Of a DNA stretch of 64,000 bases, positions 28,084 to 38,490 are shown piece by piece. The notes under the pieces are model-generated. The model saw only the letters and a list, made by a program, of their open reading frames with translations, had not been told where the DNA came from and searched no databases. A program made the position numbers and the translations under genes. How positions within the stretch are numbered: the first letter of the stretch is position 1; every line of letters begins with the position of its first letter. This DNA comes from Candidatus Krumholzibacteriota bacterium (GTDB lineage Bacteria; Krumholzibacteriota; Krumholzibacteriia; JAJRXK01): the NCBI GenBank assembly GCA_963727455.1, contig CAVSGG010000009.1, forward strand, positions 160,001 to 224,000, read 5' to 3'.

Positions 28084-29205
28084 TCATTCTCGGCCTTCGC
28101 GTCCACTTTCGCGCCAATCACACAGAACGACGTCGGTATCGTGCGGCCGGGAGTCGATCAGATTCCCGCACCAGACCAGCTGCTTGCCGTCGGCCGAGAA
28201 CATGGGAAATCCGTCGAAACTGCGATTGAAGGTCAAGCGGCGCAGCCCTTTCCCGTCCATCCCGATGAGATAGAGCTCGAAGTTGTAGCCGTACTGTCCG
28301 GGCACCGTCTGGTCGAAATCGTCCCGATTGCTGGCGAAAATGATGCGACGGCCGTCGGGATGCGGGAAGGGAGCCCAGTTCGTCGCGCCCTCGTCCCCGG
28401 AATGGGTGATGCGACGGAGCTTCCCCCCATCGGCGTCCATCAGGTACAGATCGAGCTTGCTGGGGCGGATCAGGCCCTCGCGCAAGAGCTTCTGGTAATC
28501 CTGTAGCTCCTCCCCCTCCGGATGCCGCGCGCGAAACACGATGTGCTGGCTGTCGGCGGTGTAGAAGGCGCCCCCGTCGTAGCCCGGGGTGGCCGTCAAG
28601 CGCCGCACTGCGCTTCCGTCGGGGTTCATGTCGTAGAGATCGAGGTCGCCATCTCGCATGCTCGTGAACAGGATCTTCTTCCCGTCGGGTCGATACACCG
28701 CCTCCGCGTCATAGCCCGGACTGTCCGTGAGTCGCTCGCGCGCGCCCCCCGCGGCGGGGATGCGAAAAATCTCGTAGGCGGCATAGACGGGCCAGGTATA
28801 GCCATGCTCCATCGAGGGCCGGGGCGGACACTCCTTGCTGCTGAGTACCGTGCTGGCGTATACGATCCATTTCATGTCCGGCGAGTAGAACGAGCAAGTG
28901 CAACGACCCTCGCCCGAGGAGACCATCCTGACCCCGGTTCCGTCGTCGTTCATGCTGTAGATCGCGTCGCAAGCGCGTCCGTCGCGGCTGGACTGGAAGA
29001 TCAGCTTCTTTCCATCGGGAGAGAAGTAGGCCTCAGCATTGTCCCATGTCGAGTAGGGGCCGGGATTCTGCGTGAGCAAACGAACCCGCTTCATCGAGGA
29101 GTCGTAGCGGGCGGGCTCTTGCGACCACGCGCGCGCCGTGCAGAGCAAACTGAGTCCCAAGAGCGGAAGAGCACGACGGAGAGTGCGCGAAGCGAAAAAT
29201 TTCAT
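28084..29205 (-). CDS. TolB-like PD40 beta-propeller periplasmic protein
   Basis: Signal peptide; repeated FSPDGKKLIF / LT..GYD / YRPDGKKILF units. Confidence 0.85.
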   Translation of the reverse strand: MKFFASRTLRRALPLLGLSLLCTARAWSQEPARYDSSMKRVRLLTQNPGPYSTWDNAEAYFSPDGKKLIFQSSRDGRACDAIYSMNDDGTGVRMVSSGEGRCTCSFYSPDMKWIVYASTVLSSKECPPRPSMEHGYTWPVYAAYEIFRIPAAGGARERLTDSPGYDAEAVYRPDGKKILFTSMRDGDLDLYDMNPDGSAVRRLTATPGYDGGAFYTADSQHIVFRARHPEGEELQDYQKLLREGLIRPSKLDLYLMDADGGKLRRITHSGDEGATNWAPFPHPDGRRIIFASNRDDFDQTVPGQYGYNFELYLIGMDGKGLRRLTFNRSFDGFPMFSADGKQLVWCGNLIDSRPHDTDVVLCDWRESGREGRE

Positions 29206-29291
29206 TGCGATCCACCTCAGCGGCTGAGCGTTGAGCGGCAAGCCTAACCTCCACCGCTGCTTGGAGCAAGAACCAGGGTCAGGGTGGGGAC

Positions 29292-31376
29292 TCAACCGCT
29301 GCTACGCGTGCCTCCGAGTTGCGCTGCCATGCTGTCGGGATCCGAGGTAGGGCGCTGGCAAGAGAAGGCGCGGCAGACGTAGGCGGTGGCGCCGTCCAGA
29401 GCGCTCTTCGCCACCAGGGGCGGCATCAGCTCCTCGCTCTTTCGCTCGCCCGAGGCATGTGAGACGAAGAGGTGCGGGTGATAGCTGGCGCGGGCGCGAT
29501 GCAGGAGTGGTACAACTTCTTCTCGGCTCCCGGACAGGACCAGCTCCGTACGCTCGGCCAGATAGGCCTCCAGCGCGAGCACCATCGAAGCCATCGCCGC
29601 CGGATGAGTGGAAAGGGTTCCCCAGAAGGCCCTGAGAATGCGCTCGAGCTGCCGTGCGTACTCGTCCTCGCCGCTGAGTTCGAAAAGGGTGAGCATGTTG
29701 GCCGCGGCCACGCTGTTGCCGGTCGGCGTAGCTCCGTCGTAACCGGTTTTGACGCGCACCAGCAGTTCATCCTTCCCCTTCTTGGCGGTGAAGAGCGCGC
29801 CATCTTCCTCCGCGGCGAAATCGCGCATCATGGCGGAGTGCAGTTTCTTGGCCGCGGCGAAGAAACGGGGCTCCAAACTGTCCTGGTAGAGCTCGAGCAA
29901 TCCGAGGACGAGCATCGCGTAGTCTTCACAGTAGGCGTCGATGCCAGCTTGTCCGTTCCGCCAGCGCCTCCGCAGGCTTCCCTCGACGACCATCTCGCGC
30001 AGCAGAAAATCGGCGGCCGCGGTGGCTGCGCTCACATAACGCTCTTCGTGAAGCACTACTCCCGCGCGCGCCAGAGCGCGAATCATGAGCCCGTTCCAGC
30101 CGCACAAAACCTTGTCATCCCGCGCGGGACGGATGCGTTGCTCGCGCAAGGAGAACAGGATTCGCCGACCCTCCTTCAGCGCCTCCTTCACCGTCGGCAG
30201 CGGGATCGACAGCTCGTCGGCCACTTGCGAGTCGCTTGCGGCGCGGTACAGGACGTTGGCGCCCTCCCAGTTGCCGGCTTCGGATATCCCGTAGGCCAGG
30301 CGGAAGACATCGAAGAGCTCGGAGGGCAGGGCCTCCTCGATTTCGCTGCTCTTCCAGACGTAGAACTTGCCTTCCTCGCCCTCGCTGTCCGCGTCTTCCG
30401 CACAGTAGAATCCGCCGAGGGGATCGCGCATGTCGCGTAGAACGTAGTCGAGAGTCTCCGCTGCGACTTCCGCCAAGCGTCTTTCGCCGGTCGAGCTGAT
30501 AGGCCTCCAGATAGTGGAGCACGAGCTGTGCGTTGTCGTAGAGCATCTTCTCGAAGTGCGGTACCAGCCAGTTTCCGTCGGTGCTGTAACGCGCGAATCC
30601 GCCGCCCAGGTGGTCGTAGATGCCGCCGTCGGCCATGTGCCGCAGCGTCTTCAGCGCCATCGTCAGAGCCTCCGCGTTCCCTTCGTCGCGGTAGCGGCGC
30701 AAGCAGCAACGAACCGAGATCCGAACGCGGAAACTTGGGTGCGCTGCCCGAATCCACCGACTCAGGCCGAGTCGAAGGAAGCCTCGATGTGTTCGTGGAG
30801 CCTGGCACGGGCCCGGCGTCGAGTTGCCCTCCGCTCGTCGCTGCGCACCGCTAGCTGGCCCAGAGTAGCCGAGAGCTGCTCGGCGGCCGCGGACAGGCGC
30901 TCGGGCTGCGTTTCCACATCTGTGCAAGTGCGTGAGAACCTGCGGGAATCCGGGTCGGCCGAAGCGCTCCTCGGGCGGGAAATAGGTGCCGCCGAAGAAG
31001 GGCTTCAGATCGGGCGTGAGAAAGACGGACATCGGCCAGCCACCCTGGCCCGTCATGGCCTGGACCGCGGCCATGTAGATCTTCATCCAGCTCAGGGCGT
31101 TCTTCGCGATCGACTTTGATGCACACGAAGTACTCGTTCATGAGCGCGGCGATGGCTTCGTTCTCGAAAGACTCGCGCTCCATCACGTGGCACCAGTGGC
31201 AAGCGGAATAGCCGATGGAGAGGAAGATCGGGTTTGTTCTCCTCGCGCGACGCGCGCAAGAGCCGTCTCATTCCACGGGTACCAGTCCACCGGATTGTGT
31301 GCATGTTGCAAGAGGTAGGGGCTTGTTCGTGAATCAGATGGTTGGTATGACGCTGCTGCGTGCCGTTCTCTCGCAT
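29292..31376 (-). pseudogene. YyaL/SSP411 thioredoxin-domain protein with multiple frameshifts (probably sequence errors)
   Basis: Pieces in different frames: [89 protein letters not shown]. Confidence 0.85.
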
Positions 31377-31702
31377 GAGATCTCCTGGACTTCGCTGGCT
31401 CGGGCTTGGATCGTCCTCCCTGCGCCCCATGAAGGCGCAAAACAGAGTGTCGAGGAGGAAGGGGGAGGCAGGGAGTGATCGTGTGCTTCCCCGTGAGGGA
31501 GAGTTGTGCAGAGGATAAGCAGAGTGACGCTCTCGCGCCCCCTCCCTGCTGCGGCAGGGCGAGTCCAAGGCGGGAAGATCGCGCTGCAAACCGGCGCAGC
31601 AAACACTTCGAAGACCCACTGATCCGCTCTGAACCCTTCTGACGCCCCATCCGGCCAAACCCAAATTCTCGCGCACATTCCTTGCTGCCGTCGCGTCCAT
31701 CA

Positions 31703-32007
31703 GGAGAAGCGCTTGCGCCGAGCAGCGCCAGCGGTCTCGCACTCACCCCCTCCGTCGTGGCGGGTGGGGTGCGGGGCCCTCGATCCGGAGGTTTCGGCGA
31801 ACGGCCTGAGCATACGCCCCTGAGAACTGGGGTGAAACTCGGCTGGTACCTCCTTGATTCCCAACGGGGGCGACGCTCTTTGCGCCTATCGCCGCCGTCG
31901 GCCCGGGGGCCCCGAACATTTCTCCCGAGCGTCCGCGAGATGCCGTGACTCGCGGGTGCCTAAGCTGCGGCCCAACCCACCTCCCGGGGTTGGGCCGCGC
32001 TCTTTTT
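31703..32007 (+). ncRNA. Candidate structured RNA of unknown class
   Basis: End-pairing GGAGAAG/UUUCUCC, two short hairpins, a 143-nt rod (31772-31914), an 11-bp hairpin and a terminator; G-U pairs favour the + strand; no credible ORF. Confidence 0.5.
31967..32007 (+). terminator. Intrinsic terminator
   Basis: GCGGCCCAACCC / GGGTTGGGCCGC 12-bp perfect stem followed by GCTCTTTTT. Confidence 0.75.
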
Positions 32008-32016
32008 CGCTCCCTT

Positions 32017-32044
32017 TTGCCAGCATCCCATCGTGTGCTATCTT
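32017..32044 (+). promoter_or_regulatory. Sigma70-like promoter for the ALDH gene
   Basis: TTGCCA, 16-nt spacer, extended -10 TGcTATCTT. Confidence 0.45.
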
Positions 32045-32107
32045 GGCCGCCGGACATCCGCGGTCCGGTCAAGCCTTCGTGTCTCTTTCTCTCAGGGGTA
32101 GCTTCCG

Positions 32108-33648
32108 ATGCGCGATTTTCTCAAGGAGCTGGGTCTCTCCGGTGTCAATTCCGGCGTCTACGGACAAGGCTGGGTGGAACATCCCAATGGCGGTGAACTC
32201 ACGAGCTACTCCCCCACGAGCGAAGAGCCCGTGGGGAAGGTTCTGCAGGCCAGCGACGAGGACTACGAAACCGTGGTCGGCGCGGCGCAGGAAAGATTCG
32301 ACAGCTGGCGTATGCTGCCGGCTCCGCAACGCGGCGAAATCGTGCGCCAGCTCGGCGAGGAGCTACGCAAGTACAAGCGTCCGCTGGGCAAACTCGTCTC
32401 CTTCGAAATGGGCAAGATTCTCAGCGAAGGAGTGGGCGAGGTGCAGGAGGCCATCGACATCGCCGATTTCGCGGTTGGCCTGTCGCGTCAGCTCTACGGA
32501 CTGACCATGCACTCGCGAGCGTGCCGCGCCACCGGATGTACGAGCAGTGGCATCCCCTCGGCGTCATCGGCATCATCACCGCCTTCAACTTCCCCATGGC
32601 GGTGTGGGCCTGGAACGCGATGATCGCGGCGGTTTGCGGCGACACCATGATCTGGAAGCCCTCCAGTCAAGACCCCGCTCATGCGCCATCGCCATCCAGC
32701 ACATTCTGCGATCGCGTGATGAAGAAGCACGGACTGCGCGGGCGTCTTCAACCTCTGCGTGGGCGCCGGCTCGGTGGTGGGTGAGCGCTCATCAACGACC
32801 ACCGGGTTCCGCTGATCAGCGCCACGGGCTCGGTGCCGAATGGGCCGCCACGTCGGCGCAGGCGGTCGGCGAGCGGCTCGGCCGCTGCCTGCTCGAGCTG
32901 GGCGGCAACAACGCCATCATCGTCGACGCACGATGCCGACCTCGATCTCGCCCTGCGCGCCATCGCCTTCGGTGCCGTGGGCACCGCTGGCCAGCGCTGC
33001 ACTCACACCCGCCGGCTGTTCCTGCACAAGCGTCATCGCCGAGGACGTTCACCGGAGCGGCTGGTGGAGGCCTATGACGAGCTCCCATCGGGCGATCCGC
33101 TCGATCCCGAGCACGCTGATGGGACCGCTGATCGACGAGGTCTGCGATCGAGGACATGAGGCCGCGCTGAAGACAGCGCAGGCCGAGGGGGCGAGAGTGC
33201 TCACCGGCGGCAAGCGCGTCGACCGGCCCGGGCTACTTCGTGAAGCCGACCATCGTCAAGGCCGCGAAGCACGACATGCCAGATCGCCAGCGAGGAGACC
33301 TTCGCGCCCATCCTCTACGTCATCGAATTACGAGGAGCTCGAAGACGCGATCGCGATGCAACAACGACGTCCCGCAGGGTCTGTCCCGCGCGATGTTCAC
33401 CACCAACTTGCTGCTCCGCGGAGACGCTTCCTCGCGCGCGAAGGTAGCGACTGCGGCATCGCCAACATCAACATCGGCACGTCGCGGCGCCGAGATCGGG
33501 GGCGCCTTCGGCGGCGAGAAGGAGACCGGCGGCGGACGCGAGGCCGGCAGCGATAGCCTGGAAGGTCTACATGCGCCGCCAGACCTGCACCATCAATTAC
33601 AGCCGTGAAATGCCGCTGGCGCAGGGCGTGAAGTTCGAAATCGAGTAG
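32108..33648 (+). pseudogene. ALDH7-type (aminoadipate-semialdehyde/P6C) dehydrogenase with many frameshifts (probably sequence errors)
   Basis: [88 protein letters not shown] spread over three frames. Confidence 0.88.
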
Positions 33649-33884
33649 AGAGTCCGGGCCACGCGAGGCCCACTTCCAACGAGGAATGAGCTGAGCACCA
33701 GCGCGCATCCTCCCCGAGTCTTCGTCTCGGTGCCTTGCCCCGACTGTGCGGAGGAGCCTTCGCGGCGCGCGCACTGCGCGCGCTGCAAGGGGGACGGGAT
33801 TCTGCTTTTGAGCGTGAAAGCGGAGCACGCCGGCCTGCCCGCGCCACAACTCTTGAGCCTCTACTTCAGCCAGGATCCGGGGGC

Positions 33885-35156
33885 CTAGGCCGCGACCTGT
33901 CCCGCCTCCACCATCCGCCGCAACTTCTGCTTGGCGCTGCGCAGCTTCGCGTAATATGCCGCGGAGAACGCGGTATGCATCGCCTTGAGCTTCATGCGAT
34001 GCGCCAGGTAGGAACCGCGGTGCTCACTCAGTCCGGCGCACTCTTCGGGCAACATGACCAAACTCACGTGAATGTTGGGCGCGACGCCGATGGGCAAGTG
34101 CTTCTGCATGCAGCGGTCGTAGAGGCGCGCGAAGATGGGAACCATGTCCTCGGTGCTCGGAACGTCCACGGATTCGTAGTCGGTACCCTTCAGCGGACGG
34201 AAGACGCAAACGGTGGGAACTGCACCCTGCTCGGTGATCCAGTCGATGGCTTCGATGCTGTCGGCCGGGCTTTCCAGTCCGGCGATGATCTCTCCGTTCG
34301 TGACCCAGGGCTCGAGCCGTGCCAGGTCTCCGTTGCCCAGGGACGCACAGTAGCGAATCGCCTCCAGGTAACGGTCCAGGCCGTATTGGGTGTGCTTGCC
34401 GGGACAAACCTCGATGAATCGCTCGCGATTGTAGAGTTCGAAGCAGAAGCTCACGCGGTTGACGCCCATCTTCTTGAGTTGGTCGTAACGTGAAAGATCG
34501 GCGTGCGGTGGCGTCTGTACCCCGACGAGCAGACCGGTTTCCTTCTTGATGGCGGCAATGTAGGGCTCGAGTAGATCGAGATAGCTCTCGCCCGGGTAGT
34601 GACCCGTATTGAAATCGACATAGGTGATTCCGCTCTCGAGTACCGCGGCCCGCACCACTTCCATCACCTCCTCCACTTCCTTCTCGTCCGCGTCGTCGTG
34701 GCCCAGGTTCAGCCCCACGCTGCAGAAGTGGCAGTTCACCTTCGTGTCGCGCGTCCAGTACTCGCAGACCTTGCCGGGGTAGATTCCCAGATAGGTCCCC
34801 TGCAAACTCCCGATCTGCCGCATCTTTCGTCCCGAGCTGGTGCTACGCTCGTACCAGGCCGGCTTTGGCGAAAGCTGAGGGTTGCAGATGAACTCGCCCT
34901 CGCGCTCCAGCACCAGCTGATCGCCGTCCATCCTCAAAAGGTAGGGAGAGCGATCCACGAAACTCTCGGCCACCGGGACGTTGGTCCACAGCCCGTCCGG
35001 AAGAATCAGTTCGAGACCACTACCCAATCCGGCCCGCGTGCGTAGAATGGGACGGCCACCGGCCCGCTCGAGGTAACAGCTCTCGTCGATGCGTGAGCCC
35101 TTGCAGTAGAGATCGAGCTTGAGATAAGCCGGATTGGTCTTGGGATCCAAACGCAC
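33885..35156 (-). CDS. Radical SAM protein with CX10CX2C motif
   Basis: CEYWTRDTKVNCHFCSVG; TIM-barrel segments; IIAGLE; CVFRPLKGT. Confidence 0.8.
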   Translation of the reverse strand: MRLDPKTNPAYLKLDLYCKGSRIDESCYLERAGGRPILRTRAGLGSGLELILPDGLWTNVPVAESFVDRSPYLLRMDGDQLVLEREGEFICNPQLSPKPAWYERSTSSGRKMRQIGSLQGTYLGIYPGKVCEYWTRDTKVNCHFCSVGLNLGHDDADEKEVEEVMEVVRAAVLESGITYVDFNTGHYPGESYLDLLEPYIAAIKKETGLLVGVQTPPHADLSRYDQLKKMGVNRVSFCFELYNRERFIEVCPGKHTQYGLDRYLEAIRYCASLGNGDLARLEPWVTNGEIIAGLESPADSIEAIDWITEQGAVPTVCVFRPLKGTDYESVDVPSTEDMVPIFARLYDRCMQKHLPIGVAPNIHVSLVMLPEECAGLSEHRGSYLAHRMKLKAMHTAFSAAYYAKLRSAKQKLRRMVEAGQVAA

Positions 35157-35277
35157 CTGCGGCCTCCGGGGGGATAGAGCTGCACCATCAAGGCGAAGAA
35201 AGTTCGATCAGGGGCGGCGAAGCTGCTTCAAGTATGGGAGTCTGAGAGGGTACGGGTCAAGGAACCAGGGAGGAATC

Positions 35278-36273
35278 ATGCGTTTCGAATGGACGGTGAG
35301 CGATGCGGATGCCGGCCGGCGCCTCGATCGCTTTCTTCTCAGCCGCTTCAGATCGCAGCTCGATTCGGTCTCCTCCTCGCACATCCAGCGCATGTTGCGT
35401 AAGGGTGACGTCAAGTTGAACGGGGTCAAGGCCCGCCCGGGCGTCAGCTTGAAGTCGGGAGACGTGGTCGTCGCCCATCACCCCGTGAAGGGAACCAGGC
35501 CTTCTGCGAATCAGGAAGCTGAGGCAGGTCTGTCGCCCATTCCCCGCTACCAGGGACCGCCCATCACCGTGTTGCACGAGGCGGACGGCTTCCTGGTGGC
35601 GAACAAGCCGGCCGGCGTGAGTTGCGATCATGGTGAGGGAGGGACCCCCGGACTCTTGAACTGGGTACTGTCGCGTTACGAGGAGGACGCGGCAGCCGGC
35701 AAGGTGCGGCCCGCCGCCGCGCACCGTCTGGACGCGGGAACCACCGGCGCGGTCTGCCTCGGACTGACCGCGCGCGCGCTGGAGAGCTTTCGCAGTGCCC
35801 AAGCGGAGAAGCGAACTCGCAAAGTCTACTGGCTCGTGGTCTGGGGCCGCCCTTTGGAAAGAAACTTCGAGCTGACGATTCCGCTGCGCCGCCTTGCACA
35901 TTCCAAACGAAACGCACCCAAAGTCGTCGTGGCCGAGATGGGAGAGAAGGGACTCTCCGCGCGCACTCGATTTCGCTGGATCGCGGCCGGTGACGAGTGC
36001 TCTCTCCTTCAGGCCGAGGTCCTGACCGGACGCACCCATCAGATAAGAGCCCACTGCAAAGCGCACGGACTGCCGATCGTGGGAGATCCGCGCTATGGAG
36101 ATCGCGCCAGGGACGAGCGTTCGGGTATGCGCTCGTTCCTGGATCATCAGCTGCTGCACGCGAGGCAGCTCGAACTCGAAGATCCCTCGGTGGGATTTGA
36201 GGTCACCGCCCCGCTACCCTCGGAGTTCCGCCGCGCCCTGCGACACTTTCGCATCGAGATGGTCGACGATTGA
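35278..36273 (+). CDS. RluA-family (RluC/D-like) pseudouridine synthase with S4 domain
   Basis: RRLDRFL S4 domain, ANKPAG, HRLDAGTTG, TGRTHQIRAH, PIVGDPRYG, LLHA. Confidence 0.93.
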   Translation: MRFEWTVSDADAGRRLDRFLLSRFRSQLDSVSSSHIQRMLRKGDVKLNGVKARPGVSLKSGDVVVAHHPVKGTRPSANQEAEAGLSPIPRYQGPPITVLHEADGFLVANKPAGVSCDHGEGGTPGLLNWVLSRYEEDAAAGKVRPAAAHRLDAGTTGAVCLGLTARALESFRSAQAEKRTRKVYWLVVWGRPLERNFELTIPLRRLAHSKRNAPKVVVAEMGEKGLSARTRFRWIAAGDECSLLQAEVLTGRTHQIRAHCKAHGLPIVGDPRYGDRARDERSGMRSFLDHQLLHARQLELEDPSVGFEVTAPLPSEFRRALRHFRIEMVDD

Positions 36274-36422
36274 GCCCAAAGCGCTCAACGTTGCTCGGCG
36301 CACCCTGTGCGATTAGACTGAAGTTCTGCACCCGAGCCTCGCGCGGAGCGGAGAGCTCCTGGCCGAGCTCTCGGGGCAAAGAACGAACTGATCCCCAACG
36401 ATGCGCAAGTAAGGAGAGATCC

Positions 36423-36848
36423 ATGGATCGACGTCAATTCATCCAAGTGGGACTCGTAGGCACCGCAGGTGCCCTGGTCATCCCCAAAATGGTCTTCGCG
36501 CAAATTCCCGACAGCCCCATGGCGGGCGGGGTGTACTACACCGAAAAGGCGCCGGGACGTTGGAGCAAGAAGGTCGCGCTTCACTTGCCCAGCATCGAAA
36601 TCGAGAAGGGCAGCGATGGGCTCACGGTTCAGGTCCGCACCTCGCATCCGATGGACGGCTACGAACACTACATCGTGAAGCACGTGCTCCTGGACAAGAA
36701 CTTCAGCTTTCTCGATGAGAACATGTTCGACCCCACGAAGGACAAGGCGCCGTTCTCCACCTTCAAACTGGAGAGCTACGAAGGCGCCCTGTATGCGCTC
36801 AGTGTCTGCAACAAGCACGACACCTGGCTCAACGTGGTCGAGGTCTGA
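36423..36848 (+). CDS. Tat-signal superoxide reductase (desulfoferrodoxin/neelaredoxin-type domain)
   Basis: MDRRQFI twin-arginine signal; HLP, HPM..EHYI, CNKH iron ligands; AAGGAG SD. Confidence 0.8.
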   Translation: MDRRQFIQVGLVGTAGALVIPKMVFAQIPDSPMAGGVYYTEKAPGRWSKKVALHLPSIEIEKGSDGLTVQVRTSHPMDGYEHYIVKHVLLDKNFSFLDENMFDPTKDKAPFSTFKLESYEGALYALSVCNKHDTWLNVVEV

Positions 36849-36879
36849 CAGGCTGATTCGGCGCCATTTTGCCAGCGGC

Positions 36880-38490
36880 TCAGCCTCTGATGCGGGACAT
36901 CAGATTACGAACTCTGGACGCGACGACCTGCCGGGTGCGCAGCCGCCAGTCGACACCAACTACCTCTCTGGGAAGAACGAGCCAGGCGGTGAGGGTTCCT
37001 CCCAGCGCGGTCAGGGCAGAGTCGGCCAGCAGCAAGGACCAGCTGCTGGGCTCCAAGGCATGGATGGCCCCCCATCCCGTCGCGAGGGTGACGAAGAACA
37101 CGATGAGCCCCGGTCCCAGCGCTTTCAGGTAGAGTTGGCGGATGGAGTACTGCAGAACCCGGCTCATGTAGGAAGGGAACCAAATCAGATCGACCAGCAG
37201 ATAGGCGACCAGGGTCGCGATCGCCACCCCATAGATCTCGTAGTAGCGCATGAGGACCAGACTCAACACGACCTTCAAGACTCCCGAGCTCACTCGCATC
37301 GTGTTGTAGGTTCCGATGCGCGCCGTCCCGGTGAGCACTGAATAGCCCAAGCGTGAGCTGGGATTGAAGAGCTGCGGGAAGATCAGGATGGCCATGAGCA
37401 CGCCGCATTCTCCGTACTCGGGCCCGATCCAGAGTCGAAAGAAAGCCTGCCCCAGCATGATGCCGCCGGCGGCCAAGATCCCGCCCATCGCGTACATGAA
37501 GACGCTTCCCTCGAGAAATACCGCCCGCACTCCGCGCGTGCCGCTGCGCGCGAAACTCTGCGCCGCATAGGGATCGACGACCCGCACGATGGAGCTGACG
37601 AAACTCCCGGTGTAGCGCAGCATGGTAGAGGCAAGGGCATACACGGTGATCCGCTCGGGAGGAAAGTAGATCCCGATGAGCACGAGGTCGGACTGGGTCA
37701 TCAGCAGATCCGCCGCGATTCCCACGAGCGACTTGCCGCCGAAGGTGAAGAGTGCTCTCAGAGAAGCGCGATCCGCCTTGCGCAAGTCGAGCTGCCAGTG
37801 GGGCTCCTGCCGGCGCGCGGCGAAGTAATAGAGCACTCCGGTGAGAACCGCGATTCCGAGGGTGAGATAGGCCAGGGCCAGGATCCCGAATCCAGCCTTG
37901 AACAGAATCACGATGAGGCCCGCCCGCAGAATCAAGCCGCCCACCGCGATGCCGTTCATGGTGTCGAAGCGCTGGTTGGCCACGAGAAGGCAGCTGAACA
38001 CCGCGAACCCGAAGGTCGCGCCCACCGCTACTGACGCGATCACGATCGTATGCCGCGCCAGGTGCAAGAGGTTCGGCGGGATGTTGAACTTGTCCGCACC
38101 GAAGATCGCGACCAGGATACCCCCCAACACACAGAGTCCGGCGGCGGGCAAGAGAATGCTCAGAGCCGCGTTCACATAGCGCGTCTCCATCTTGGGATCT
38201 TCGTGTCCGATCGCGTAGGCGAGATAGCGAGTGGTGGCGCTCTGGATCCCCCCCGCGAACAGTCCGTAGTGGCCAGTGAACGCCACGATGAGCGACCAGA
38301 CTCCATAGAGTTTGTCGCCCAGATTCCTCACGATGAAGGGCGCCATCAAGAAGCCGATCACGAGCGGAAAGAAGAAACCCGCTTGATTGGCCACGAGGTT
38401 TCCGAACACCCTACGGCTCAACGAATGCTGCGGCCGCGAATCCTCTGGGGGAGTCGGCGTCGTGCTGGTCTCGATTCGATCCGAGTTCAT
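36880..38490 (-). CDS. Polysaccharide flippase (Wzx/MOP family)
   Basis: About 14 TM helices, PFIVRNLG..YGVW, LWIGPEY; coupled to two GT2 genes. Confidence 0.85.
   Translation of the reverse strand: MNSDRIETSTTPTPPEDSRPQHSLSRRVFGNLVANQAGFFFPLVIGFLMAPFIVRNLGDKLYGVWSLIVAFTGHYGLFAGGIQSATTRYLAYAIGHEDPKMETRYVNAALSILLPAAGLCVLGGILVAIFGADKFNIPPNLLHLARHTIVIASVAVGATFGFAVFSCLLVANQRFDTMNGIAVGGLILRAGLIVILFKAGFGILALAYLTLGIAVLTGVLYYFAARRQEPHWQLDLRKADRASLRALFTFGGKSLVGIAADLLMTQSDLVLIGIYFPPERITVYALASTMLRYTGSFVSSIVRVVDPYAAQSFARSGTRGVRAVFLEGSVFMYAMGGILAAGGIMLGQAFFRLWIGPEYGECGVLMAILIFPQLFNPSSRLGYSVLTGTARIGTYNTMRVSSGVLKVVLSLVLMRYYEIYGVAIATLVAYLLVDLIWFPSYMSRVLQYSIRQLYLKALGPGLIVFFVTLATGWGAIHALEPSSWSLLLADSALTALGGTLTAWLVLPREVVGVDWRLRTRQVVASRVRNLMSRIRG

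Noticed and set aside
31703-31925. SRP RNA, RNase P, tmRNA or lysine riboswitch
   Set aside because: Lacks the SRP helix-8 (CAGG..GGAA..AGCAG), GAGGAAAGUCC, tRNA-like ends and the lysine AGAGGUGC core
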